Assembly: GCA_001805645.1 (NCBI GenBank)
Contig: MHGQ01000041.1
Coordinates: 1-52,614, forward strand
Reading direction: 5' to 3'
Origin: Omnitrophica WOR_2 bacterium RIFCSPHIGHO2_02_FULL_50_17
Lineage (GTDB): Bacteria; Omnitrophota; Gorgyraeia; Zapsychrales; Zapsychraceae
Length of the DNA: 52,614 bases
Position numbers and translations under genes: made by a program. This document shows positions 26,343-36,406 of this stretch, piece by piece. Below the pieces are notes generated by a model. It made no database searches and had not been told where the DNA came from. It saw only the letters and a list, made by a program, of their open reading frames with translations. Position 1 is the stretch's first letter, and the number at the start of each line of letters is the position of its first letter.

Positions 26343-28112
26343 TTATTCCTCATCACAGGCCGTCACCCTTAAGACCTCCTCCAATGTCGTCAAACCGGCA
26401 ACCGCCTTGGCCAAACCGTCTTCGCGCATGGTTTTCATCCCCTCGGCGCGGGCCGTCTCCTTAATCTTAAACTCCCCGGCCCTTTGAAGGATGAGCTCCT
26501 TAATCGCCGGCGAAAAGACAAGGACCTCCGTAATTCCGACACGTCCCTTGTAGCCCGTGTGAAAACAATGCTTGCATCCCTTCCCCCGAAAGAGCTGAAC
26601 ACTTTGGGAGGAAACCGTTCGGGCCGCCTGCGGCGAGCCTCGCCAAAGGCGGGCCAAGCCGACGCGCTCGGCGACGATGGCGGAAAGGGATTGGGACTCC
26701 GTGCAATGGGGGCAGATCCGCCTCAAAAGCCTCTGGGCGACAATCGCCAGGACCGAGGAACAAATCAAAAACGGCTCAATCCCCATATTTTCCATACGGA
26801 CAATCGAACCCGCGGCGGTCGTCGTATGCAGGGAGCTCAACACCAAATGGCCTGTCAAAGCGGCCTTCACCGCGATATCCAGGGTCTGGGAATCGCGGAT
26901 TTCCCCAATCATAATAATATCGGGGTCCTGCCGCAGGATAGACCGCAGCGCCGCCGGAAACGTCAACCCGACGGACGGCCTGATGTTAACCTGATTGATT
27001 CCCTTCATCTGGTATTCCACAGGGTCTTCGACGGTAATAATATTTTTGCCGGGGGAATCCACGTACCTCAGAATGGAATACAGGGTCGTCGTCTTGCCGC
27101 TTCCCGTCGGGCCGCAGGCCAAGATGAGCCCGTGGGGCTTGACGGCGCATTCTTTCAGGCGTTTCAGGGATTCCGGCTCAAAGCCGAGATTCTCAACATC
27201 TAAAACGGCGGCCCCCCGGTCCAGAACCCTCAAGACAACCTTTTCCCCCAAAACCGTCGGCAGGACATTCACGCGAAAATCCACTTCCCGGCTATTAGAG
27301 ACGACAGTTTTAAACCGCCCGTCCTGGGGAAGGCGATGCTCGGAGATGTCCAGATTCGATATGACCTTAATGCGGGAGACAATCGGATAAAGGAAGGCCT
27401 TGGCCATGCGGTCGATCTCCTGGATCACCCCGTCAATCCGGTAACGGACCCGCACAGCCTTTTCCAGCGGCTCGATAAAGACATCGCTCGCCTTTGATAA
27501 AACGGCCTGCTGGATAACCGTATCGGTGAGCTTGATAATAGGGGCCTCGTCGGATAATTGTTCGACCGCCGCCTGGTCCCCTTCGGCCTGCGCCTCCTTA
27601 ATGAGCTCCATCTCCCCCGTGTCTTTAATATCCTTAATAATCGCCTCAAAGATCTCCGCAGGGGTGATGCCCCCTTCCTGTTCCTTGTAATACTTGTGAA
27701 TCGTCTTCTCGAGATCCTTGGGCCGGCTGATAATGGGATTAATGGTATAACCTGTCAAGGCCTTGATATTATCAATCACGAAAATGTTGAGAGGATCGGC
27801 CATGGCGAGGGTCAGATGATCCCCCATCAAAGAAATCGGCATAATCTGATATTTCAGCGCCACCTCCTGAGGGATAATTTTGACGACTTCCGGATCAATC
27901 TTCAGACGGGAGATGTTGATAGGCGGATACCCCAGCCCCTCGCTGAGGACATGGGTCAGGGTATCCTCATCGATCAAATTGAGCGTGATAAGAATCCGGT
28001 TTAATTCCTCGCCGGTCTTCTTCTGCTCTTTAAGGGCGCGTTCCAGATCCTCGGAGGAAATCAACTTGTCGCGGATAAGGATTTCTTTCAGACGGTCTTT
28101 AAGAGATGCCAT
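26343..28112 (-). CDS. pilB: Type IV pilus assembly ATPase PilB/GspE family (paralog 1)
   Basis: GPTGSGKTT, LRQDPDIIMIGEIRD, SSLHT, CPHC..CKHC. Confidence 0.9.
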   Translation of the reverse strand: MASLKDRLKEILIRDKLISSEDLERALKEQKKTGEELNRILITLNLIDEDTLTHVLSEGLGYPPINISRLKIDPEVVKIIPQEVALKYQIMPISLMGDHLTLAMADPLNIFVIDNIKALTGYTINPIISRPKDLEKTIHKYYKEQEGGITPAEIFEAIIKDIKDTGEMELIKEAQAEGDQAAVEQLSDEAPIIKLTDTVIQQAVLSKASDVFIEPLEKAVRVRYRIDGVIQEIDRMAKAFLYPIVSRIKVISNLDISEHRLPQDGRFKTVVSNSREVDFRVNVLPTVLGEKVVLRVLDRGAAVLDVENLGFEPESLKRLKECAVKPHGLILACGPTGSGKTTTLYSILRYVDSPGKNIITVEDPVEYQMKGINQVNIRPSVGLTFPAALRSILRQDPDIIMIGEIRDSQTLDIAVKAALTGHLVLSSLHTTTAAGSIVRMENMGIEPFLICSSVLAIVAQRLLRRICPHCTESQSLSAIVAERVGLARLWRGSPQAARTVSSQSVQLFRGKGCKHCFHTGYKGRVGITEVLVFSPAIKELILQRAGEFKIKETARAEGMKTMREDGLAKAVAGLTTLEEVLRVTACDEE

Positions 28113-28138
28113 GCTGTAGTCGCCTCTTAAGAAAGCGG

Positions 28139-28594
28139 TTATCGACTGCCCTTGGAATAATAACTATCAATGGACTGTTTGATTTCGGTGGCCGTGCTCA
28201 CGAAGGTCTGAACGGTGCATCCCGTGAGAAGCTCCACGTCCTCCGTGGCCTGAAAATTTAACGGGTTGGCCATCGCCAGGGTCAGGCTCTTCCCTATTTT
28301 ATCGATGGGAATAAGACAAAATTTCCGGCAGACGCCCTCGGGCACCGAATGAATAACCTCAGGGTCGATTTCATAATTGGCAAGCGGCAGGTAAGGAAAC
28401 CCGTACTGGCAGGTGAGGGCCTGGGCGATATCTTTCTCTGTGGCGAATTTCATCTGGACGAGGATCTCCCCCAAGAGCCCGCCGCGTTTATCCTGATATT
28501 CCCTGGCCAGATTCAGCTGATCGTGGTTAATGACGCCGCGCTCGATGAGAAGCTCCCCTAACTGTTTTGTCGTTGTCTTTTTAAAATGCCGCAT
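28139..28594 (-). CDS. Stand-alone MshEN/GspE N-terminal domain protein
   Basis: KQLGELLIERGVIN..QLNLAREYQ...LLGEILV. Confidence 0.85.
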   Translation of the reverse strand: MRHFKKTTTKQLGELLIERGVINHDQLNLAREYQDKRGGLLGEILVQMKFATEKDIAQALTCQYGFPYLPLANYEIDPEVIHSVPEGVCRKFCLIPIDKIGKSLTLAMANPLNFQATEDVELLTGCTVQTFVSTATEIKQSIDSYYSKGSR

Positions 28595-28645
28595 AGAGAA
28601 ATTCTACTATACTTGTCTCAAGTTCACAATTTATAAATTGGTATA

Positions 28646-28784
28646 TTGAGTTTGGCAAATTTTCCCCTAGAATTCCCCTCCATCGACGGGAGGGGATGAG
28701 GGGAGGGTGAAGATTAAATTGTCACCCCCACCTTTCCTCCCCCGTCGAGGGGGAGGAATGAGGGTCAAAAAGTGCCAAACTCAA
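28646..28784. mobile_element. MITE/REPIN-like element: 12-bp terminal inverted repeats enclosing two REP-like hairpins
   Basis: TTGAGTTTGGCA (28646-57) ... TGCCAAACTCAA (28773-84); internal tcccctcc/ggagggga and ttcctcccc/ggggaggaa hairpins. Confidence 0.6.
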
Positions 28785-28821
28785 GTTAGTATTATGGATT
28801 GAAGACGCGCCCCCATCCTTC

Positions 28822-29928
28822 TCAAAAAACCGTTCGTCTTTTGCTTAAGTTCAGAAGAAACCCCATCATGACGGCAAAGATCAAAAAAGACGAACGCCCG
28901 TAACTGATAAAGGGAAGGGTCAGCCCGACAACGGGAAACAATCCCATCACCATGCCGATATTGATGACGGCTTGCAGCGTCAGGATGGAGACAATCCCTA
29001 TGCCGACAAGCATCCCGAATTTATCTTTGACCTGCTCCGTAATGTCCAGACCACGACTAATCAGTTGAAAATAGCAATAAACCAGCAAAAGACCGCCCAC
29101 AAACCCCCACTCTTCCCCGATGACGGAGAAAATAAAATCCGTATGCCGCTCGGGGAGAAAATTCAACTGATTTTGTGTCCCGGAAAGCCACCCTTTCCCG
29201 AATATCCTGCCGGAACCCACGGCGATTTTGGACTGAATAATCGTATACCCCGCGCCCAGAGGATCAACATTGGGATTCAAAAAAACCAGCAGGCGGTCCT
29301 TCTGGTAGGGTTTGAGGATATGCCAGGCAAAAGGGAGGATACCCAGCATCACGGCAAGCAGACCCCCGATATAACGGAATTTCAGGCCACCGGCAAACAT
29401 CATGACCAGAGATATCCCCAAAAGAAGCAGGGCCGTTCCCAAATCCGGCTGTTTGAAGACAAGCAGCATGGAGAGTCCCACCCAAAAAAGCGGGAATATC
29501 ATCTCCCGCAAAATGACCTCCATTTTCCCAATGATATCAAGCAAAATAATCGGCCGGCGCTTGCTCCAATAACGCCCCAACATCAAGATAACGGCCAATT
29601 TCGTTATCTCGGAGGGTTGGAAACTCAGCCCCCCGAGTTCCAGCCAGCGCCTTGCCCCCAGGGCGTCCCGTCCGCCCAGAAGCACTCCCAATAAAAGGAC
29701 AATGTTAAAGCCGTAAAAAAAATAAGCGATATCATAAAACTTCCTGTAATCCATTCTGCCGACGAGAAACATCAGGAGCATCCCCGCGGCGGCACACCAC
29801 AACTGGTCATAAAAGACCTCCCGGGACACACGGACGTTTTCAAACGAGGCGCTGTATAAGGCCAGCAATCCCATGACAATAAGGGCCGTTGTGTAAATCC
29901 AAATTTTCTTGTCTAAATCCCGTCTCAT
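28822..29928 (-). CDS. rodA: Rod shape-determining protein RodA
   Basis: GARRW, FQPSE, QPDLGT, PERHTDFIF, LPFISYG; follows mrdA. Confidence 0.95.
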   Translation of the reverse strand: MRRDLDKKIWIYTTALIVMGLLALYSASFENVRVSREVFYDQLWCAAAGMLLMFLVGRMDYRKFYDIAYFFYGFNIVLLLGVLLGGRDALGARRWLELGGLSFQPSEITKLAVILMLGRYWSKRRPIILLDIIGKMEVILREMIFPLFWVGLSMLLVFKQPDLGTALLLLGISLVMMFAGGLKFRYIGGLLAVMLGILPFAWHILKPYQKDRLLVFLNPNVDPLGAGYTIIQSKIAVGSGRIFGKGWLSGTQNQLNFLPERHTDFIFSVIGEEWGFVGGLLLVYCYFQLISRGLDITEQVKDKFGMLVGIGIVSILTLQAVINIGMVMGLFPVVGLTLPFISYGRSSFLIFAVMMGFLLNLSKRRTVF

Positions 29929-29981
29929 TCGATGAAGCTCCTTAAAACACCCCCCCTGGCATATCCTTCCCCGCCCTAGGA

Positions 29982-31697
29982 TTACAAGGCTTCCCGCTCC
30001 TTCATCCCCAGAAGAAGGCTCCTCGCAATCAGAGAGGCGTTATAACTCGAACCCCCGTACTCCAAAAAAATGCACAGGGCGATATTTTTCTTTTCGCCCC
30101 TGACATAACCGGTAAACCAGGCATGGGGTTTTTTGCCTCCGGATGTCTGGGCCGTCCCTGTCTTTCCGGCCACATACACATCGGGGAAATCCAGGATATG
30201 AGCCGTTCCGGAAAAATCGGTCACGGCGGCCCTTAATCCTTTCTGAACGGTTTGCAGCGCCCTTTCATCGATTTTAATCTTCCGCTCACCGGACAATCTC
30301 TCAACCTCCGTCTCGCCGATCGCCTTAATCACATGGGGCTGAACCATCACCCCCTGACGGGCGATCACGGCCATCAGGCGGAGGATCTGCAAAGGAGTCG
30401 CAAGGACATCGCCCTGCCCAATCGACAGATTCAGGGTATCCCCGGCATGCCATCGTCCCATTCCGGAGGCAATCCTCTGCTGCTGGCTGGGAATGAAACC
30501 GGCCTCTTCATAGGGCAGGTCAATATGCGTCATCTCTCCCAGACCCAGCCAACGGGCATAATGATGGATTGTCTCTGCCCCCAACAGAAGCCCCACATTG
30601 TAATAGTACACATTGCAGGAGTGCGCCAGCGATGCAATCAGATTCTGCGAGCCATGCACATGAGTGCAACGGAATCCCGCCTTCCTCAAGAAATAAACGC
30701 CTGTGCAGACAAAACTCGTCTGAGGCGTGATTTTTTTTGAATGCAAACCGGCCGTTGCCAAAACCACCTTAAAAACCGACCCCGGCGGAAACGCCCCCTT
30801 AATGGCACGGTTAAGAACAGGCGCTGACGGATCGGCCAAAAAACGGCTGACCTCATTCTGCCGCCGGCTGTCCGCAAAAGCGCTGGGATCAAAGGCCGGC
30901 GAACTGGCCAGGCTTAAGATTTCCCCGTTATCCATATCCATCACGATGATAACCCCTGTCTTGTCTTCCAATAGCTCCAGGGCATCCTGCTGGATATCGC
31001 TGTCGATAGTAAGGGTGATATCCTGCCCTTTCTTCGGCTCGCGCAGGCCCAATAACCGCACCTGCTGGCCGCGGCTGTTGACCTCAACCTGCAAACCGCC
31101 CTCCTCCCCCCGCAGATAGGCATCGTAATATTCCTCCACGCCGGAGTAGCCGGTCACGCTCTGCAGCGAATAGCCATATTCCTTAAAACGCTCCTTCTGG
31201 GCACGGTTGATTTTGCCCGTATATCCCAGGACATGCGCGCTGTTTTTATGCAAAGGATAATCCCGTCTGTAAGTCTCCTGGATAAAGAGGCTCGGGAACC
31301 GGTATTTGTTCTCCTCGATCACGATGGCCTTTTCAAGCGGAATATCCTCCGCCAGGGTGACGGGATCAAAAGGGGCTGTTTTTCTCTGGCCGTAGCGCTG
31401 AAGGATCGAGTTCTCATCCATCCCTAAGACAGCGCTAAGGAATTCGAACACCCCTTCCGCCTTCTGGATATCCTGGGGGGTGACCATCACATCATACGAA
31501 AGACGGTTATCAGCCAGGATTTTCCCGTTACGATCCTTAATCCGGCCCCGCCATCCATCCAAAGGAACAATGCGGATACGGTTATTGACGCTGAGACCAT
31601 AAAAATACCGCCCCTGGATCGCCTGGACGTAAAATAAATCCGCGACGATGAGCACGAAGAATCCGACAATCGTTATACGAATAATTTTGAGACGCAT
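29982..31697 (-). CDS. mrdA: Penicillin-binding protein 2
   Basis: PGSVFK (SxxK), SCN (SxN), KTGTAQ; within mre operon. Confidence 0.94.
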   Translation of the reverse strand: MRLKIIRITIVGFFVLIVADLFYVQAIQGRYFYGLSVNNRIRIVPLDGWRGRIKDRNGKILADNRLSYDVMVTPQDIQKAEGVFEFLSAVLGMDENSILQRYGQRKTAPFDPVTLAEDIPLEKAIVIEENKYRFPSLFIQETYRRDYPLHKNSAHVLGYTGKINRAQKERFKEYGYSLQSVTGYSGVEEYYDAYLRGEEGGLQVEVNSRGQQVRLLGLREPKKGQDITLTIDSDIQQDALELLEDKTGVIIVMDMDNGEILSLASSPAFDPSAFADSRRQNEVSRFLADPSAPVLNRAIKGAFPPGSVFKVVLATAGLHSKKITPQTSFVCTGVYFLRKAGFRCTHVHGSQNLIASLAHSCNVYYYNVGLLLGAETIHHYARWLGLGEMTHIDLPYEEAGFIPSQQQRIASGMGRWHAGDTLNLSIGQGDVLATPLQILRLMAVIARQGVMVQPHVIKAIGETEVERLSGERKIKIDERALQTVQKGLRAAVTDFSGTAHILDFPDVYVAGKTGTAQTSGGKKPHAWFTGYVRGEKKNIALCIFLEYGGSSYNASLIARSLLLGMKEREAL

Positions 31698-32161
31698 TTT
31701 TTCATCTGGCTGAAAACAAACGGGGCCGCGGCCATGGTCAAGACAAGCTGCGGCATGAAGATAAACCGAAACACCTCACTTGAAGGGATGACGCCTTCGA
31801 ATATCCGATACAGGGAATAATAGGCCGCGACGTTAATAATAAGGATCACAAAGATTAATATATACCGCGACAGGCGCGACCCCATATGGTAAATATATTG
31901 CTTGAGGATCGTCGTCATATAAGCAGAGACGACAAACGAGCACAGAGAAAGGCCAAAGACATTCGTGCTGAAACTGTCCCTCACAAGGCCCGCCAACAGG
32001 GCCGTCAACAGGCCGTAGCGGATGCCGAAATAGAGATTAAAAAAGATAATCAGCAGTAAAGACAAGTTAGGCGCCAGCCACCACCCGACGCTGTTGAATA
32101 ACAGGAATTCTGCCACAAATGCCGCAATAACAAAGAACGTGATAACGATAACCCTGCGCAT
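31673..32161 (-). CDS. mreD: Rod shape-determining protein MreD
   Basis: Hydrophobic 162 aa with GLVRD motif, between mreC and mrdA. Confidence 0.85.
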   Translation of the reverse strand: MRRVIVITFFVIAAFVAEFLLFNSVGWWLAPNLSLLLIIFFNLYFGIRYGLLTALLAGLVRDSFSTNVFGLSLCSFVVSAYMTTILKQYIYHMGSRLSRYILIFVILIINVAAYYSLYRIFEGVIPSSEVFRFIFMPQLVLTMAAAPFVFSQMKKCVSKLFV

Positions 32162-32174
32162 GGATTGTCCCGGC

Positions 32175-32960
32175 CTATTTCAATAGGATAAGCACTTCCT
32201 CAACCTGCGAAAATGAAACGACAGGCTTGATGATACATTCGATGGACGGCCTCTGAGGATAATCTATAACCTCTATAACCTCGCCTATCAGCAGCCCTTC
32301 AGGGAAAGAGGAGCTCAATTTTGAGGTGATGACCTTATCTCCCGCATAAACCTTGGCCTGCGCGCTCAAATACCGTATGCGGCAGACGTCCATCTGCAGG
32401 GAACCCGAGACCAAGCCGACCTCCCGGGAGCCCCCCACGACGGCAGCGACGCTGAACTGCGGATCCGTCAGAAGAATGACCTTGGATGTCTCCGGACTTG
32501 TCTCGGCGATCTTGCCCACGACCCCCAGGGCATTCACGACCGCCATGCCCTGCGTTATCCCGTCATCCGTTCCCTTATCGATAATGAGGGCCGAATTCCA
32601 AAGAGACGGGTCCCGGCCAATGACATGGGCGGCGACCGAGGCGTAGACGAGCTCCTGTTTTAATCCCAGAAGCTTTTCCAGGCGCGCATTTTCCTGCATC
32701 ACCTCTTCCAGACCGACCAGCCGCGCCTTCAAGATATCAACCTGCTTTTTTAAACGCTGGTACTCCCTGAATGTCTTATGGTAAAAAAGAACTTTCTTGA
32801 CTTCGTAAATAGGAATGGATAACAGACGGATAGGGGCCCCCATGCCATGAATGAACCCAAACTTAAGACCGGTAAACGCATCAGAACGGGCAAAAAATAT
32901 GAGGAAGGGTATGACGAGGACTAAAAGGTAAGCTAAATTCTTCTGGTTTTTTCTAAACAC
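32175..32960 (-). CDS. mreC: Rod shape-determining protein MreC
   Basis: ENARLEKLL, IDKGTDDGI, GVVGKI, FPEGLLIG. Confidence 0.93.
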   Translation of the reverse strand: MFRKNQKNLAYLLVLVIPFLIFFARSDAFTGLKFGFIHGMGAPIRLLSIPIYEVKKVLFYHKTFREYQRLKKQVDILKARLVGLEEVMQENARLEKLLGLKQELVYASVAAHVIGRDPSLWNSALIIDKGTDDGITQGMAVVNALGVVGKIAETSPETSKVILLTDPQFSVAAVVGGSREVGLVSGSLQMDVCRIRYLSAQAKVYAGDKVITSKLSSSFPEGLLIGEVIEVIDYPQRPSIECIIKPVVSFSQVEEVLILLK

Positions 32961-33022
32961 GCATATATCGGAGGATTGACCCCATGTGCGACTTTAGCTG
33001 CACAAGGGGGGTCACCGCTTGG

Positions 33023-34096
33023 TTAAAATTCCAGTTTGGTTTCAACGACAATCCGTCTTCGTAAACGCGCCGGCATATTTAACACCTGGCCCGTTCCCAT
33101 AACGACGGCTGTCAGGGGGTCATCCGCGACGTGTACCGGCAGACCCGTTTCTTCGGAAATCCTTTTATCAAGACCGCGCAAAAGAGATCCGCCGCCGGCC
33201 ATCACAATGCCGCGGTCAATCAAGTCTGCGGCCAGTTCAGGGGGGGTCTGTTCCAATGTAGACTTGGAGGCATCCACAATGGCCTGGACCGGATCATGCA
33301 GGGCCTCTCGAATCTCTACGGAAGTGATAGAAATTGTCTTAGGCAAACCCGAAATCAAATCGCGGCCCCGGACATCCATATTTAATTCCTCCTCCAGCGG
33401 AAAGGCCGATCCGATACGGATTTTGATTTCCTCAGCCGTCCGTTCCCCTATCATCAGGTTATATGTCTTGCGCAGATATTCAATGATGGCCCCATCCATT
33501 TCATCACCGGCGATACGGATAGACTTGGAGAACACAAGGCCTCCCAGGGAAATAACGGCAAGCTCGGTGGTACCGCCGCCGATGTCGATAATCATATTTC
33601 CGGCCGGCTCCTCCACCGGCAGCCCCACCCCTAGGGCCGCGGCCTTAGGCTCTTCAATCAAAACGACGGTTCTGGCCCCTGCCCGTTCGGCAGAATCCCT
33701 TACCGCCCGTTTTTCAACGGCCGTAATCCCCGAGGGGATAGCAATCACGATCGCCGGACGCACCAGGACCTTACGTTTGTGCACTTTGCGGATAAAATGC
33801 TTTAACATCGCTTCCGTTATCTCAAAATCCGAGATGACGCCGTCTTTCATCGGCCGGATGGCGATGATGTTTCCGGGGGTGCGGCCCAACATCTTTTTGG
33901 CCTCTTCCCCGACAGCAATCACACGGTTTGTATCCTTTTCGATGGAAACAACGGAGGGTTCGCACAGGACAACGCCTTCTCCCTTGACATAAACGAGCGT
34001 ATTGGCAGTGCCCAAGTCGATGCCCATATCATTGGAGAACAACCCGATGATATAATTCACGACCCTGGAGCAAATCTTAAAGAATCTTTGTAACAT
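33023..34096 (-). CDS. mreB: Rod shape-determining protein MreB
   Basis: [23 protein letters not shown]. Confidence 0.97.
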   Translation of the reverse strand: MLQRFFKICSRVVNYIIGLFSNDMGIDLGTANTLVYVKGEGVVLCEPSVVSIEKDTNRVIAVGEEAKKMLGRTPGNIIAIRPMKDGVISDFEITEAMLKHFIRKVHKRKVLVRPAIVIAIPSGITAVEKRAVRDSAERAGARTVVLIEEPKAAALGVGLPVEEPAGNMIIDIGGGTTELAVISLGGLVFSKSIRIAGDEMDGAIIEYLRKTYNLMIGERTAEEIKIRIGSAFPLEEELNMDVRGRDLISGLPKTISITSVEIREALHDPVQAIVDASKSTLEQTPPELAADLIDRGIVMAGGGSLLRGLDKRISEETGLPVHVADDPLTAVVMGTGQVLNMPARLRRRIVVETKLEF

Positions 34097-34149
34097 ACAT
34101 ATCCCTTATATATGAAAAGAAAATTAGTGTCAATGATATTTCCATTTAT

Positions 34150-35439
34150 TCACCTCACCCCCACCGCCTGAACTCCCAGTCCCTTTAAATCCCGGATAAA
34201 GCCCGGATAGGATTTGGAGACACACTCAATATCTCTAATGCGCATACCCAGTTTTGAACCTAATATGGCAAAGGACATCGCCAGGCGATGATCTCGATGG
34301 GGATCAAGCAGGCAGTCGGTCTTATACTGATTCTGGGGATAAATAACAATCTCATTTCTTTTTTCCACCACCTTTGCGCCTATTTTCCTTAACTCCTGCC
34401 CCAAGTCGCTGATCCGATCGGATTCCTTAACACGCGCATGGCCGATATCCAATAAACGCGTTGGGCCATCGGCAAAAAGGGCTAAAATAGCCATCACCGG
34501 GACCAAATCCGGACAATCCTTCAAGGAGAAATCACCTCCCTTAAGGCAAAACGGCCCTTTCATCCTTATAGATTTTGATGTCTTTTGAAATTTAACCCCC
34601 ATCTTCTCCAAGAGCCGCAGGATATGACTATCGGCCTGAACGAAACGGTCGTCAAAGGCCCCTTCAAGAGCGACATCGGATTTATTAAGGACAGCCGCCG
34701 CCATCAAAAAGGCGGCCAGGCCATAATCTGCCGGAACCGTAAAATTTTTCAGCCCCTTAAAGCGCTGATTTGCAGGAATTACATAACGGCGCAGGCCCTC
34801 TCTTCTTATCTTGACACCACTTTTATCGAGGACCTGCATAGTCATTGTAATATAATCGGCAGACACGATTTTTTGTCCTGTCAATGTCAGAGAAGTGTCC
34901 TCTCCCATCTGCGGGCAGGCGATAAGCAATGCCGAAATAAACTGAGAGCTTAAGCTCCCGTCAATCTGAATATTTCCCCCGCGAAGGCTTCCTCCCTGGA
35001 TGCGGATCGGTATCCCCTCCTGCCTTCCTTCCCCGAAAATTTCTACTCCCATGGAGCGCAGGGTCCGCGTCAGAAAAAGATTCGGGCGCCCTTTCAATGT
35101 CCCCTGGCCCCCAATGGTTGCCTTACGGCCGTAGAGGGCAACCAGCGGCAGGATAAACCGCAAAACTGTCCCCGATTCCCCCACATGAATATGCGAAAGA
35201 CGCAGAGGATTACGCTTCGCCGCTACCTTCCATGTCTCTCGATGCAGACGGGTTAACTGAGCGCCCAAATTTCGCGCAACCCGCATCGATACCCTGGCAT
35301 CGTCGCAAGGCGAAGGGTTCCGGATGAAGGAGATCCCGCCGCAGGCGGCAATCATAAAGGCGCGGATAGAATACGATTTGGAGGAGGGAACATGCACAGC
35401 CCCCCTCACAAAAGCGGCGGGTTGAACCTTGAGAATCAT
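34150..35439 (-). CDS. aroA: 3-phosphoshikimate 1-carboxyvinyltransferase
   Basis: SKS, GESGT, SSQFISALL, KESDRI, DHRLAM, KSYP. Confidence 0.95.
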   Translation of the reverse strand: MILKVQPAAFVRGAVHVPSSKSYSIRAFMIAACGGISFIRNPSPCDDARVSMRVARNLGAQLTRLHRETWKVAAKRNPLRLSHIHVGESGTVLRFILPLVALYGRKATIGGQGTLKGRPNLFLTRTLRSMGVEIFGEGRQEGIPIRIQGGSLRGGNIQIDGSLSSQFISALLIACPQMGEDTSLTLTGQKIVSADYITMTMQVLDKSGVKIRREGLRRYVIPANQRFKGLKNFTVPADYGLAAFLMAAAVLNKSDVALEGAFDDRFVQADSHILRLLEKMGVKFQKTSKSIRMKGPFCLKGGDFSLKDCPDLVPVMAILALFADGPTRLLDIGHARVKESDRISDLGQELRKIGAKVVEKRNEIVIYPQNQYKTDCLLDPHRDHRLAMSFAILGSKLGMRIRDIECVSKSYPGFIRDLKGLGVQAVGVR

Positions 35440-36308
35440 TATTCTTTGATGATGACCTGATCGTTTTTACGGACCTGGCGGCTTGAAAGGGGCGGGATAA
35501 AATCGGCCGCCGACATCTCAGGCTGAACACGCGTGATTTTGACATCGCCGAGATACTGCTTGTCGCGGTAAACGGACAATATCTTATCTGCGGCTATGCC
35601 GTGATTGGTTCCTAGATTGACGATGATAAATTCCGTTTGCGCATCCACGGTTAAGACACGGCCTTCCAATGACTTGGAAGGGGCGATCACGATTTTTTCA
35701 AGCTCAACTTCTTCCTGTTTAGGAGAAACTGAGGCGGCCTCCGGCGTGGGTGTTGCTGTGGGACGGGTGGACTCAACCTGCGCCTGCTTCAGGCGGTTCA
35801 TCTCCTCCTCCAACTCTTTCTTGCGCTGTTCAATCTCTCGAATTTTCTCCTCCAAGGCCTGTTTGGCATCCAACTCGGCCTGTAATTGTTTTTCCAAATC
35901 AGCCGCTTTCTGTTTTGCCTCTTCACTGCCGGCTAACTTCTTCTGAAGCTCTTCCTTAGCCTTGATCTCTTGACCCATCTGCTCTTTCAGGGTAAGATTT
36001 TCCGACTTTAATTCCTCTCTTAATCCCTTCTCCAGCTCCAGGTCATCCAGCAAACCATTAATCTTCTCGTCGGCTTCCTTATTCTTCTCTTGCAGCAGAA
36101 ATCCTTGCTTGATCGCATCTTGCAGCTGGGCTTCAATTTTGGCTTCGTTGGCCTTGCTCTTTTCTAACGTTACCTCGACTGATTTACGCCTCTCGATTTC
36201 TTTATGGAGAAAGAACATGGTAAGACCCGCCAAAGAAAGGGAAAGGACAATAAAAATAATCAGGAAGATTGTTAAGACCTTACCAGAGGAGTTTATCGGC
36301 TTTTTCAT
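35439..36308 (-). CDS. Membrane-anchored coiled-coil protein with C-terminal beta domain (FlgT-C-like)
   Basis: N-terminal TM, long heptads, EGRVLTVD...VNLG...SAADFI. Confidence 0.65.
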   Translation of the reverse strand: MKKPINSSGKVLTIFLIIFIVLSLSLAGLTMFFLHKEIERRKSVEVTLEKSKANEAKIEAQLQDAIKQGFLLQEKNKEADEKINGLLDDLELEKGLREELKSENLTLKEQMGQEIKAKEELQKKLAGSEEAKQKAADLEKQLQAELDAKQALEEKIREIEQRKKELEEEMNRLKQAQVESTRPTATPTPEAASVSPKQEEVELEKIVIAPSKSLEGRVLTVDAQTEFIIVNLGTNHGIAADKILSVYRDKQYLGDVKITRVQPEMSAADFIPPLSSRQVRKNDQVIIKE

Positions 36309-36406
36309 GGGCGGTCAAAATAAAAAGGGTTGAAATTTCATGCTGGTATTATTATATGGAAAAAGTAACATAAGTAAAGTCTGGAATTAAATATTTATTT
36401 GCAGGC

